Shown: positions 35,280 to 47,730 of the stretch, piece by piece | How positions within the stretch are numbered: the first letter of the stretch is position 1 | Layout: every line of letters starts with the position of its first letter | Source: Lama guanicoe | Taxonomy: Eukaryota | Assembly (NCBI GenBank): GCA_013239625.1 | Contig: MU054187.1 | Span: forward strand, 18,778,711 to 18,842,710 | DNA length: 64,000 bases | Reading direction: 5' to 3' | Notes under the pieces: model-generated | The model's database searches: none | The model's input: only the letters and a program-made list of their open reading frames with translations | What the model was told of the DNA's origin: nothing | Made by a program: the position numbers and the translations under genes

Positions 35280-36385
35280 TTTTCAATGGGAAAAGAAAAT
35301 CTTTTCAACAGATAGTCTTGGAATAACTGAATAAATATATGAAAAAAAATTTTACCATGGTCCCTGTATCACACTATATACTGAAATTAACTTAAGATGA
35401 ATTCTAGGCCTAAACATAAAAGCTGTAATTATAGAATTTCCAGAAGAAAATATAGAAGAATATTTTTGCAAACTTGGCAGATTTCTTAGGAAAAATACAA
35501 AAAAGCACTAAACATAAAAAACATTAAATTTATCAAAAGTTTTGAAATTGCGCTCATCAAAAAATGCCATTAGTCAATGAAAAGGTAACCAACTAAATAC
35601 TAACAGAAAGCTTATATTTAGAACATATAAGAATTACAAATCAGTAATGAAAAGGCAACCCAATAAATAAACAGGCAAGACTTAAACAGGCATCCTACAA
35701 AAGATTATAAGTGTGCAATAGGCACATGAAAAAATGTTGAACATTAGTAGTCATCAGAGAAATGCAAAACTGAAAAACCACAATGGCATTCGATTTCAGA
35801 GCCATAGAGTAACTAAAATTTTAAAAACTGACAACACCAAGTGCTGGGTAAGCATTTGGAATTACTGGAACACTCCCACATTGCTGATGGGCACATAAAA
35901 TGGTACAAACACTTTGAAAAACTATTTTGAAATTCTTTACAAAAGAAAACCAGAAGCTGACTTATCCAAAGAAAATGAAAGCAAATGACCACTAAAAGAC
36001 TTGTGTTAGATTGTTCCTAGCATCTGTAATAGTCAAAACATAGAAAAGCTCCAATGTCCATCAGAAGAATGGATAAACAAATTGTGATATATTTATACAA
36101 CGTGATACTTCTCAGCAATTAAAAAGAATGAACTATTGATACAGGAGCACATGGAAGTCAGGCACAAAGTCGTACACAGAATATGATTCCTCCTATTTGA
36201 AGTTCAGGGACAGGTAAGACTAATCAACTAGGAGACACAAGGGAAACTTGTGGGGTGATGGAATTGTCTACATCTTGACAGGCAGGTTGGTTTCAACAGG
36301 TAAATACATTTCTCAAAACTCACTTTTGAGAATTGAAATTGTACCTTTACGTTTTTTGCATTTCATTAATTAGCTCAATTAAATC
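35280..36385 (+). mobile_element. Old L1 (L1M) ORF2 end and 3'UTR
   Basis: tcttttcaaca, cacatgaaaaaatgttgaacattagtagtcatcagagaaatgcaaa, gaatggataaacaaattgtg, aaaaagaatgaactattgatac. Confidence 0.85.
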
Positions 36386-37317
36386 ATAAGTGCAATTAAA
36401 TAAGAGTAGCAAAAAAGAGGCTGGAAAAATGAAGTAGAGCCAGCAATGCTAATACACGAAGGGCCTTGTACGCCATGCTAAGGAGGTCAGATTTGGCTTT
36501 GTAAGCAACAGAGAGCTACTGATGGGCAACGTGTAGGACAGAGCCATAAGGTGTGCATTTTAGATTCTTCATAAGCATCATAAGATGCTTCGTATGAAGA
36601 AAGAAGTTAACTTTCCTAATACTCATTTTGTGTATCAGTTTTGTCAGCAGAACTGCCATTGCCCCTTTGCTGTTAAGCTTAGCTTAGCACACACGTGAGA
36701 CTGCTGCTTTTCCTTTCTCAGCCACGCTGTCCCAAGAGATTCCTCCTATTCCTTGTATCTATGTTTTATAGAAAATTAAAAAGTACAATCCCTAGATCTG
36801 AATTATTTTCATAAATGTATTCTGTAGGCTGAATGGAAATCTGGCAAGAGACCCAGAATTGTATTGATTTAGAGAATGGAGGGGACTCTAGACTTCAAAA
36901 GGTAGAGGCTTTGGCTTCAGAGATGTAGTTTTATTTACAATTCAGGAGCCTTACAGGAAAAAAATGAGTCACTATTAAAAGTGTGAAGATCTTACATAAA
37001 AACACAGATTTGTGCTAAGCTCCGCCCTGTGCTTTCCGTTTTGGGGTAGCTCCCTCTACCCTGCTCCACTCCATCTTTGACCCCCGCCCACGTGGTTCTC
37101 ATTAGCACTGAGTTCACAGCCTTTAAGAGACATGATGTTGCCTATAACAGTTTTTACAAAGTCTCTCTGAGGGTATTCTGTTTTTGTTATTGTCTCTTTC
37201 ATTTACAGTTGTAGAGAACCTAAATTAGGATTAAAGATATGCAGGAGGCCATGGACCTCACAGAGCTCCCAGGGCACATTTTGGTTAGCCCTGCTTTGTT
37301 TTGGAAATATGAAATTG

Positions 37318-37771
37318 TCATTTCATGTGCCTATTAGTCATTGTATGTCTTCTTTGGAAAAATGTCTATTTAGGTCTTCTGCCCATTTTTTGATTGGGTT
37401 GTTTGGTTTTCTGATATTAATTTGTGTGAGATCTTTGTATATTTTGGACATATTTCCCTTATCAGTAGCATTGTTTGCAAATATTTTTGCCCATTCCATA
37501 GGTTGTCTTTTCATTTTGTTGATGGTTTCCTGTGCTGTGCAAAAGCTTTTAAGTTTTATTAGGTCTCATTTATTTACTTTTGCTTTTATTTCTTTTGTGG
37601 TGGAAGACTGATCTAAGAAAATATTGCTGATTTATGTCAGAGAATGTTTTGCCTATGTTCTTTTCTATAAGTTTTATGGTGTTATGTCTTATATTTAGGT
37701 TTCTAAACCATTTTGAGTTTATTGCTGTATATGATGTAATGGAGTATTCTAATTTCATTGATTTACATGTA
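37318..37771 (-). mobile_element. Inverted 5' segment of a twin-primed L1 (ORF2)
   Basis: Antisense L1 ORF2 (tctttggaaaaatgtctatttaggtcttctgcccattttt..gctgtgcaaaagctttt); ORF 37570-37758(-) is ORF2-like. Confidence 0.9.
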
Positions 37772-37773
37772 CT

Positions 37774-38587
37774 TTATTAGAGAAATGCAATCAAAACCAC
37801 AATGAGGTTTCACCTCACACTGGTCAGCATGGTTATCATCAAAAAATCTGCAAGTAGATACTGGAGAGGGTGTGGAGAAAAGGAGGCCCTTCTATGCTAT
37901 TAGTAGGAATGTAGGTTGGTGCAGCCACTATGGAAAACAGTAGAGAGAGTCCTTAAAAAAATAAAAATAGAGTTACCACATGATCCAGCAACCCCACTCC
38001 TGGGTATATATCCAGAAAAAATGAACACTCTGATTAGAAAACATACATGCACATCAGTGTTCATAGCAGTACTATTTATAGCCAAGACGTGGAAACAACC
38101 CAATAGCAGGTGACTGGTTTAAGAAGATGTGGTGTATGTATGTATAAAGGAATACTACTCAGCCATAAATAAGAATGAAATATTGCCATTTGCAGCAACA
38201 TGGATGAATCTAGAGAATATTATACTTGGTAAAGTAAGTCAGACAGAAAAAGACAAATACTGTTTGTCACTAATGCATGGAATCTAAAAAATAATACAAG
38301 TCAATCTATGTACAGAAACAGACTCACAGACATAGAAAACAAATTTATGGTCATAAATGAGAGAGAGAGGGAAGGAGGAGCAAATTAGGAGTATAGGTTA
38401 ACAGATACAAAGTACTATACATAAAATAGATAAGAAATAAGGGTTGGTTATATAGCACAGGGAACTATATTCAATATCTTGTAATAACCTATGATAGAAT
38501 ATAACCTGAAAAATATATACAACTGAATCACTTTGTTGTACACTTGAAACTAACACAATATTGTAAATCAGCTATACTTCAATTACA
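37774..38587 (+). mobile_element. Sense 3' segment of the same L1 (ORF2 C-terminus + 3'UTR)
   Basis: ORF 37916-38113 [23 protein letters not shown] is canonical ORF2 C-terminus; ends tatacttcaa. Confidence 0.93.
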
Positions 38588-39603
38588 AAATATGGAATCA
38601 AACTGGATTTCTAATGTCAATGGTGTGCTTCTTTGGGAATTTTTCTGGAACCACCTATTACCTATCCATCTTCTCTGATAATTCTGGAGAAGCCAAACCC
38701 AGCAGGCCACTGGTCCTCAATGAAGTAGCTGTTTCCATGAGCTTAAGCAAAATTTCTGGTTAGAATGAAACTGCTACGTCTGCTCACTCAGCTATATCAC
38801 TTCAAAGAGAAAAACAAATAAAACCTGGCTTCCTGTCATCTCCCAGCATTAAAGGATAACAAACTACAGTTGCTTTCCATTTTGACTAGAAGCAAAACTG
38901 CAGATAAATAACATAACAAATCAAGAAGCCACACAAACTGAAGTAAACTCTTCATCAGCAAAAACCAACTAGTTAAAGGCAGTGAAAACCTCCCACACTG
39001 ACAACCTCTCCACCTCCGATGAAGGTAAGAAAAAAAAAAAAGAAAAGGAAGAGAAACTCTTTTCTGAACAAGTCTGTTATAGCCTAATACTACACCTACA
39101 CTACTGAAATCTGTATGTTCTTTTCAGCTACTTACAAGGAATAAAAAAGAAAATACTAAAATAATAGAGCTGTACTCACTTACGACGGAAGTTATCCTTT
39201 CTGAAAGATGGATTCCTCCTCACCTACCTGATAAAAGGCCTTGACTATTAGACACCAGGATGGGGGCTTTCTGGATACCCTGGACAGAACCATATGAAAA
39301 CATTGCATATACTTTTATGTCTGTGGTTTCTGATGATGCCAACATTTGATTTATTTACTTTGTAAAACAATGGCTCGTACCATCTTTCAGAAATTCCCAA
39401 CAGTACCCCCTCCCCCTTAGGGTACAGGTAGCAGCTTTTCACAGGAAGGCAACCACGTTCTGGTCCCCTGTTCTTCTAAAATGTAAACAGAGGGATGTCA
39501 AGAATAGCTGTGGAAACACTTTGATGACAATTACATCAATTAGATCACTCAAGACCATGGGTGAGTCACACTTTCTACCCGCAGCATCCTCACCTATAAC
39601 TAC

Positions 39604-39708
39604 TTTTATTTTGGTTTGGTTTTTTTGTTAATTGAGGTACTGGGGGTTGAACCCAAGCCTTCATGCATGCTAGGCATACGCTCTACCACTGAGCTATACC
39701 CCTCCCCC
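39604..39708 (-). mobile_element. Vic-1-type SINE (short form) with TSD
   Basis: TSD cagcatcctcaccta (39582-39596) / cagcatccttaccta (39710-39724). Confidence 0.9.
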
Positions 39709-39865
39709 TCAGCATCCTTACCTACAGAAGGAAAAGTTTAAAGTAAGATTTTTCAATGTGTTTGGGCTCAGAATTATGTGGGGTGCTTTTAAAAAATGTA
39801 CATTCCTGGGCCTTACCCCAGAGTTACTGAATCAGAATCTCTGGGACTGAAGTCCCTAAATCTTA

Positions 39866-40132
39866 TTTTTTTAATTAATTAAACAAATTTTATTGAAGTA
39901 TAGTTGATTTACAATGTTCTGTTAGTTTCAGGTGTGCAGTAAAGTGATTCAGGTATATATATGTGTATATATTTTTCATTTTCCATTATAGGTATTGAAT
40001 TGACTAGGCATAGAACCAGATATTGAATATAGTTCCCTGTGCTATACAGTAGGTCTTTGTTGTTTACCTATTTTATATTTGGTAGTGTGCATCTGTTAAT
40101 CCCAAACTCTTAATTTATCCCTCCCCCCTCTC
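39866..40132 (-). mobile_element. L1 3' tail inserted in a MER5-like element
   Basis: ttgaagtatagttgatttacaatg..ttaatcccaaactcttaatttatccctcccc; flanks (about 39750-40195) MER5-like, aaatctt on both sides. Confidence 0.85.
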
Positions 40133-41929
40133 CCCAAATCTTCTTTTAGAACAGGCACCCAAGGAGAGCCTTATAGGCTATAAAGTTGACAACCTTTGAA
40201 CTAATGATCTTTAAGTTCTCTTCCAGGTCCACAGGTCATGACCAGTGGTCTGCCACGTAGCAGAGAGAGTATCACTGAGAGAATAAGATTTTTGATTGAG
40301 GTTGGGATGTTGGCGTAGGGAGATAACGTTGGAAAACAGAGAACTTTAGAAATGATACGATTGAATATACATAGAAAAATCACATAGAAACAAGTGTGGT
40401 ATTTACCCTGGAAAGAGTAAAAATCAACGTTATTTTGAAATGAATACTCCGGCAGGTTTTGTGATGGAGAAGCCCACTAGGAATTACTGTCTTAAAAATG
40501 CGTGGTTGATAAATTAAGCTATAATTAGAAAGAGAATAAGAGAATAACTTCCAGATGCCTCTATTCAGTGTGGCAGCCCAGTGACACTTAAGCAAGGGCT
40601 GTTCAACTTAAGTTAGAAATGACAAGTGTTTGCCACAGAACGGAGTAAATATTTTTGGTAGAATGCCTTTAATCATCATTCTCGTGGTGGATTACACCTC
40701 ATTGGTGATAGAAGGAAAACAAACTGAAGAATCTTAGCATAACTGAGGAAACATAACATTTTGATTTACGGTTGGCTATTTGGAAACTGTCATGTATTCA
40801 GCTGTTTTTTGAGAGAACCACTGAAATAAAAAGCATATTTCTGGGTCAGAAAAATCAGAAAAAGGAAAACATTTTTAAATCCAATAAATCCTTTCACTAA
40901 GTGAACCAAATTCTCTAGGCTGGAAGTAGCCATCTGCACTTACCGGGATTTTCAGTGTCTCCCAGGAATACAATTAATTATTGAAGGAGCCACAAAATAG
41001 GTTAGATGGTGTCCTCAAAACAGACACGGTGAATTCCTGCCCTATCAACACTTTGGCCCAAGCCTATGAGCTTTCCTTCTGACCTCACAATTACTTTTGA
41101 AAATACACGTTGCCCATACAAGTCTGTGCGATGGCCCTCTGGAGGGGATCTAACCTTATTAAATTTGCAAACTTGTGAGTCCTCAAGAGCTCCAAGTGCA
41201 TCTCGACAAACGTAGAGTTTATATAATTATTGTCTACTTACAGCTCCGTGAGCACTGCATCCTCTCTGGCAGTATATCAGCTATTACTTTGTGGAATGTG
41301 TTGCATGGTACTTTTGTAAATAATGCTACACTTTCCAGTTCATGTACAATTATGTTGTCCAGAAAAATCCCATGCAGCCCAGATTTCAATTACTTTGTCT
41401 CACTGCTTAAGAACATAGCCTGCTTGTCACACCATTGAGAAAGAAAAATATAGATCTCATTTCAATCTTTCTAAACTTCTCTTTAGACAACTCCCTCTCC
41501 ATCTCCCCTTTGTGTGGGCCATTCCACATTTTGCCATCCCTGCCCACCTTGGGTCGGCAGCTGTCTTCCACCATTTCAATGGAAGGAAAAAGGAAACTAT
41601 TAAATATGAACATTTGGGGGGAACTTTCTTGCCTACCTTTTCTCTTCTTGCGTACAAATTTACACACAAAGCCGGTATCTTGTCCTTATTCTCAGAACAA
41701 GTGTTTCTCCTACTATGTAAAAGCTTTGGAAATAACATCTTTGAATTATTTACACGATAATAGTACATGTTCATTGTAGAAAAATAAGAAAATCAGGCAC
41801 TATGAGTACTTAAAAAATGACTTAGATCTTCTCACTCTATTCTGACTCAAGACAATTTTTTCACATATTGATGGTCACTTACTATTGTTGACTCCCAAAT
41901 CCACATCTTCAGCCTGGACTCCTTTTTTT

Positions 41930-42412
41930 TTGTGTGTGTGTGTGTGCTAATCTCAAACTCCTAAATTATCCTCCCTTATTTTCCCCTTTGGTAACCATAA
42001 GTTTGTTTTCTATGTCTGTGGGTCTGTTTTTGTTTTGTAAATAAGTTCTTTTGTATCATATTTTAGATTCCTTATATAAGTGATAGCATATGATATTTGT
42101 TTTTCTCTGTCTGACTTACTTCACTTAGTTTGATAATCTCTAGGTCCATCTTTTTTTTTTTTTGCTGCAAATGGTATTATTTCATTCTTTTTTTTGGCTG
42201 AGTAGTATTCCTTTATGTATGTATATATATGTATGTGTGTGTATATATATATATATACACCATATCAACTTTATCCATTTATTTGTTAATGGGCACTTTG
42301 GTTTCCTTCATATGTCTTGGCTATTATATCTGTGCTGCTACGAACATTGGATGCATTTATCTTTTTGAATTAGAGTCTGTTTTTTCTGAATATATACCCA
42401 GGAGTGGGATTT
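41930..42412 (-). mobile_element. L1 3' fragment
   Basis: cccctttggtaaccataagtttgttttctatgtctgtg..tctgtctgacttacttcactta..atatacccaggagtgggatt. Confidence 0.9.
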
Positions 42413-43542
42413 CTTCCATCAGAAATATAAACAAGTCCTAAGTCACTTCAAATTTGGTTTTCTATCTCTTATTTTTCAAACATTATGAGAGTGATATTAA
42501 ATTATAAGTCAGTTTCTGTCCAAAAAGGAGTGGGCAGAAAATATTCTATAAAAAAGAGGAGAAGTGAAAAAAGGGGAATTCAGATCTATTGTCCTCATAC
42601 TAGGAGCCTAACTCTCTCACAGTAACTCTGAGAGGCAGTTTGATTATGCTCATTCTCACAGATGAGAAAATAATGCTCAATAATGCATCGGTTAATTGAT
42701 GATGAACACTAAATCCTACACTTTCCCCATTGTATCATACCACCTTGGCACAAAAGATAGCTTGTTTATTGACTTCTAATTTCTCCTTTGTGTTATATTT
42801 CTGACACTTAAAATTATTCATTGTTTAAACAAATTAGCTAACATTTATTTGAAGCCTACTATGAGCCGGGGACTCAAGCTGGGTACTCTAGGTGTATTAA
42901 ACTTCTCAAAGATGTGTGAGCTTCTTGTCATATTACAGATGTCAAAACTGAGTCTTAGAGTGACTTGGAATATAATTAATGAACAGTAAGCAACAGAACA
43001 GAGATTCAAACCCTGATTCGTGTGACTATAAAACCTCTGGTCTTTCCATTTTACTGCAGTGAACACCCTATTTCTGTTGGACTAAATAACGGTAACACTT
43101 CAGATAATCCAACCAAATATCTTGAGATCTTGGGAGGGAAGGAAAGGTTCTCGTAGGGGGAAACATTCCAGTCCATCAGCTGACACCTTTGACCTTTTCA
43201 ATGTACAAACCAGGTCAGAGTAATAAGTTTTAGCCCTTCAGTTAAGCCCAGGGAAAGGATAAATGGAATGGAGAAATTTTGTGCAAGTCAGTTTGCATAG
43301 AATAAGGAAAGTGAGCTAAGTTGCCAGGTGCTAGACAAATGTTGATATAAATTGCTTAATGACAAGTAAATATTAGTGTTGGACAGTAAGTGAAGAACAC
43401 AATGGATAATCCTCAAAATGATGTTAACAAACAACTTTATTTGCAAAATAGATAATAAAATATTGACTGTATGCAGAATGTACCCCTAATGAGCTCTTAT
43501 TTCTTTAGCAAGTTTCATATAAATAAGAAAGGAGTATTTCTC

Positions 43543-43688
43543 TTTTTGTTTTGTTCTTCAGGGGAGAGGTAATTAGATTTATTTATTCTTCTTTTTTTTT
43601 TTTAATTTAACTGGAAGTACCGGGAATCGAACCCATGACCTCGTGCGTGCTAAGCATGCACTCTGTCACTGAGCTATACTCTCTGCCC
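43543..43688 (-). mobile_element. Vic-1-type SINE with TSD
   Basis: Perfect TSD aaggagtatttct at 43529-43541 and 43692-43704. Confidence 0.9.
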
Positions 43689-44403
43689 AGGAAGGAGTAT
43701 TTCTATATGCTAAACTGCTTCTTTTCAAAATAGTTTGAAAGCATTTTGGAATTGATGGAATTTTTCAAAATTTTCCATGACTTCCATTCCCAGAGAGGCC
43801 ATCTGAAGGTCTACTTTTAATCCAAATCAATTTTCAGCAATGTAAGAATTTCACATTAAAGTTTTCATCAAAATCTTGACCCTTTCTAGTTTAAAGGAAT
43901 TTTTTCCAGATCATCTTCCGGCCATTAGTATCAAGTGTAGTCTGAATATCGTCTTGTTCCTAATTAGCAACTCTGTTTCATGTACATTCTAGAACTTTAA
44001 CAGTTTCTTTCAGATTCTAGGAAATAGCAACAGGAACTGAGTTAAACTGAGTTAAAATGCTGCTTCTTAGATGTCCTGCAGAAATATTTCAGTGTGTCTG
44101 TATGTTGTGCTCATGGAATTGGCAATCATAAAATCCCAGCATATTTATAGCGTTGCAATACTAGGAAAATTGTTCAAGTAATCATCAATCTATGCCAAGA
44201 GCTAAGCTGTTCAGACGGCTTTCCCATAATTTGTAAGAAAGGAATTTACTTTTCCTAAGATAAGTTTTTAAAAATTCATGTATTATTTTAAGGATATTTT
44301 CTTTGATTCTGGAAAATATTAACATATACCTAAGAACAACAGTGGACCTTTAAAGAACATATTTTTCAAACCTGAATACATGGTCTAATAAGAAGGAATA
44401 TAA

Positions 44404-44550
44404 GGAGTCGGGTATAGCTCAGTGGTGGAGTGCATGCTTAGCATGCATGAGATTCTGGGTTCAATACAGTACCTCCACTAACCAAAAAGGAACAAAAAAG
44501 AAAGAAAGAAATCATTTTTGAAAAAAAAAAGAAAAACACAAACATCTGCA
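44404..44550 (+). mobile_element. Vic-1-type SINE with TSD
   Basis: TSD aagaaggaatataa (44390-44403) / aagaaggagtataa (44551-44564). Confidence 0.88.
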
Positions 44551-46029
44551 AAGAAGGAGTATAATGAAGAGAATAACAAGGTAGAATCTTTGACATTGAG
44601 ACTGTCTCAGGAAATCTTAGATGTATAGTGACCATGACAATCATTTAGCATTTTTCACTTTTCGTTAACCTTTAAACAAGAAATCTGAAACTCCTAGCTG
44701 GCAATGCAGTGCTATGAATTTAAACTGATGACAGTAAATCATCCGAATCTGTTTTTTGTGTCTGGGAAAGAATTAACTCTTACAGAAATGCCTTACAGTA
44801 TCTTTTGAGTGCTCATGCACCAGTATACTCTGAACAATTTCTTGGAGAGAAGAAAGTGACAGATTCATATTTGCTTCTTGGAAAAGTCATAATGTGCACA
44901 CTCTACTTTCAAGTTCATTTCCATTTGCTCAATCAGTGATTCTGATTCATTCATAAGAATCTGCGAGTCAGGAAATCAGAAAAGATGAATCTATAAGCTG
45001 TTTGCTGCCACTTACTGGATAACCAACCCTCTTGCCCAAAACAAATACAGAAGAATTTTTAACGACTTTCTGGCAGTCATATATATGAACCTTCTAATTT
45101 CTATAAAGGTCAGAAAATTGTGAGAGACAAAATGAATAAGAATATTACTTCCCAAATCTGTTACGTGTCTTTTAAATAAAACATACATTCCTTCCTTCTG
45201 TTTACTTTATTTCATTTTTATTTTCTGCCTGGGAGAAGGAAAGTATGTTTCATGTCTAATCAGAATTTCTGGGGAAAAAAGAGAGGAAGGGTAGACTGTC
45301 ACATGGAGTGAGTAGGGACGGAGAAGAACATTAGTAGTTAATTATAACTCAGACGGTTCCAATAGCATAAAGCTACAAAATGGGACACTTTTCTCAGAAT
45401 GGGTGGCATCTGTTGCCTCCACAAATGTTTGTACAGTTTATTTGCTTTGTGTAAAATATTCCAATCGGGTAAGCTCAAGGAATGGCTACCGCATGTCAAT
45501 GCCCCCATTCGTGCAGCACCACATATCCATTAGAAAGAAGCCTTTGAACAGTCAACAGGTGTCTAATCTTTCTAATAGTACATTTTTTGCCCTTGATGGT
45601 GCCTCAGCTGTTACTGAAGTTTGCATACTTAAAGCTCAGGACATCAGCTCATCCAAATTTACACCCCTTTACTTGTGGGGCTGCAGGGCGGGGGGGTGGG
45701 TTGTTACTTTGGCTTGTGAAATTATTTTTGTGGGTTTGGCTTGTCAATTAGCCTTTTTTGGACATCTGTGTAAATATAGTCAGTAAGCCTGTAGTTCAAT
45801 TCCCAAAGAAAGTTTTATCAAAAAATATTATCATAAAAATATAATTGAATTGCATTTAGCCCTAACCAACACAATATTCTATATCTGAGTTGGAAGTGGC
45901 TTTAAAGGTAATGAATAATCCTCAAATAATGGGTTGGGCTGGCAGTTTCCTTCTCCCATATAAAGTACAGGAAGATTTTTTGAAGGGGAAGGGCGGTGGT
46001 GGCTGTGATGACAATTATTACGGAGCACT

Positions 46030-46210
46030 TTGCATGTGCTGTCATCGCACTAACTCCACACACCACCACAAGTGGGTAAAAGTGTCTCATTTTACAGATA
46101 AGGAAACTGATACTCCTAAAGGCAGACCAGTTTGCCACAAGGTATGCAGTTATGTAGTGCAGAGCTGAGATTCTCAGTGACTGACAACAGAGCACATCTC
46201 TTAACCACTG
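46030..46210 (-). mobile_element. MIR
   Basis: ctcattttacagataaggaaactga..tcttaaccactg. Confidence 0.7.
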
Positions 46211-46261
46211 TCCCCTCTTGCATCTCTAAGTAACCTAGATAAATGAAGTATTAATATCCTT

Positions 46262-46420
46262 TTAAAAAATACTTTATTTATTATCTATTATTTAATTATT
46301 TTATTTTGGCAGGGGATAGATAATTAGGTTTATTTACTTTTAGAGGAGGCACTGGGGATTGAACCAAGAACTTCGTACATGCTAAGTATGCGCTCTACCA
46401 CTTGAGCTATACCCTCCCCC
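46262..46420 (-). mobile_element. Vic-1-type SINE with TSD
   Basis: TSD agtattaatatcctt (46247-46261) / agtattaagatcctt (46421-46435). Confidence 0.92.
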
Positions 46421-46516
46421 AGTATTAAGATCCTTAATGCCACTTTTGGCTATCACTTGCTGATACTATAGTTAATAAAAAATACTATTTGTTTATACTC
46501 TTTTAGAACTAGGTAT

Positions 46517-46685
46517 GGGGGGGAGTGAATAGCTCAGTGATGGAGTGCATATTTAGCATGCACAAGGTCCTGGGTTCAATCCCCAGTCCTGCCATTAAAA
46601 ATAAACAAATAAACCAAATTACCTCCCCACCTCCCCACCTCCCTACCCTCCAAAAAACTGCACATACACACACACAAAAGAAACC
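46517..46685 (+). mobile_element. Vic-1-type SINE
   Basis: atagctcagtgatggagtgcat..ggtcctgggttcaatccccagt..aaattacctcccc. Confidence 0.9.
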
Positions 46686-46999
46686 AAAGTAGGGGGGGAA
46701 AGGCTATGTATAGAGTAAGCATTGACATCTCTAAGCCAGATCTATCTGGGGGGATTCTGACACTCAGTAGGTCATCTCCATTCTCATGATCCTCAAACTC
46801 AATGTGTCCCAAGCAGCACACTTCGCACTGACCCTCAAGGTTTTTCACTCTTCAAATTGTTCTGCCACAGAGCTAGTGCACATATAATTCCATTCCTCTC
46901 TCCGCCTTCCTTAAAACTTTTAACCAGCTCTGCATTTTTCTTGGGAATCAAGTCCCTTCTCAACATGACCTTCCTGCATCCAGGTCCTGCTTACCTCTC

Positions 47000-47730
47000 T
47001 AGTAGGAGAGACAGATGAAAATGAAAGCAGGTCAAGAAACAAATACAGGCATTGACAAGTTGCCCTAAATTATGTGAAAGAAATAAACAAGGGGCTGAGA
47101 TGGAGAGAAGCAGTGGATGGGGGCTAGGGCCAGGCCCCTTTAAGTAAACTGAGTAAAGAACAATTTAAAGGCCCTCAGGGGAGAGAAAGGTATGACCAAG
47201 GACCTGAAAAAGGCCTGCATGTCTGGGACAAGAAGTACAGAGGGAAAGTGGCGTGAAATGAGGTTCACAGCCCTGCCCTCTGGGGTGGAGTTTGGAATTT
47301 ATCCTAAGAGAAATGAAAACCCTTTGTCATTTAAACAAATATCTCTGGCTGCTTTCACGAAGGCATTTCTTCACAGAGAATGAGGTGTGGAGAACAGAAG
47401 CAGACCTTAAAGATGGGAACGCAGAGGTCTAACATGGAGAGAGGGTCTAAGCTAGCGTGGTGGCAGAGGAGACTGCTGACTAGATCTGGGGTGAGCTGCT
47501 TTGGATGTGGATGTTCTGGAAATGGAGAAATGGCTCTGGGTTCCTGGCCAAAAGTGAACAATTTTCTGAGACAGGAAACCTGGGAGAAGAGCAGGGTTAA
47601 ATCAAAAGGAAAGGCTCTTCTCAGATATTTGAGATGCTCATGAAATATCCGAGTGGAACTGTCAAGGAGGCAATTGCTTTGGGATTTGGAACTGGAGGAC
47701 AGATCTGGGTCATAAATTAACAGTGGGAAT
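47000..47730 (-). mobile_element. Degraded L2
   Basis: ggagtttggaatttatcctaag, tctctggctgct, ttgagatgc..atatccgagtgga..tgtcaaggaggcaattg. Confidence 0.6.

Noticed and set aside
40201..40595. Tandem minus-strand ORFs as coding exons
   Set aside because: No recognisable homology and no coherent splice frame
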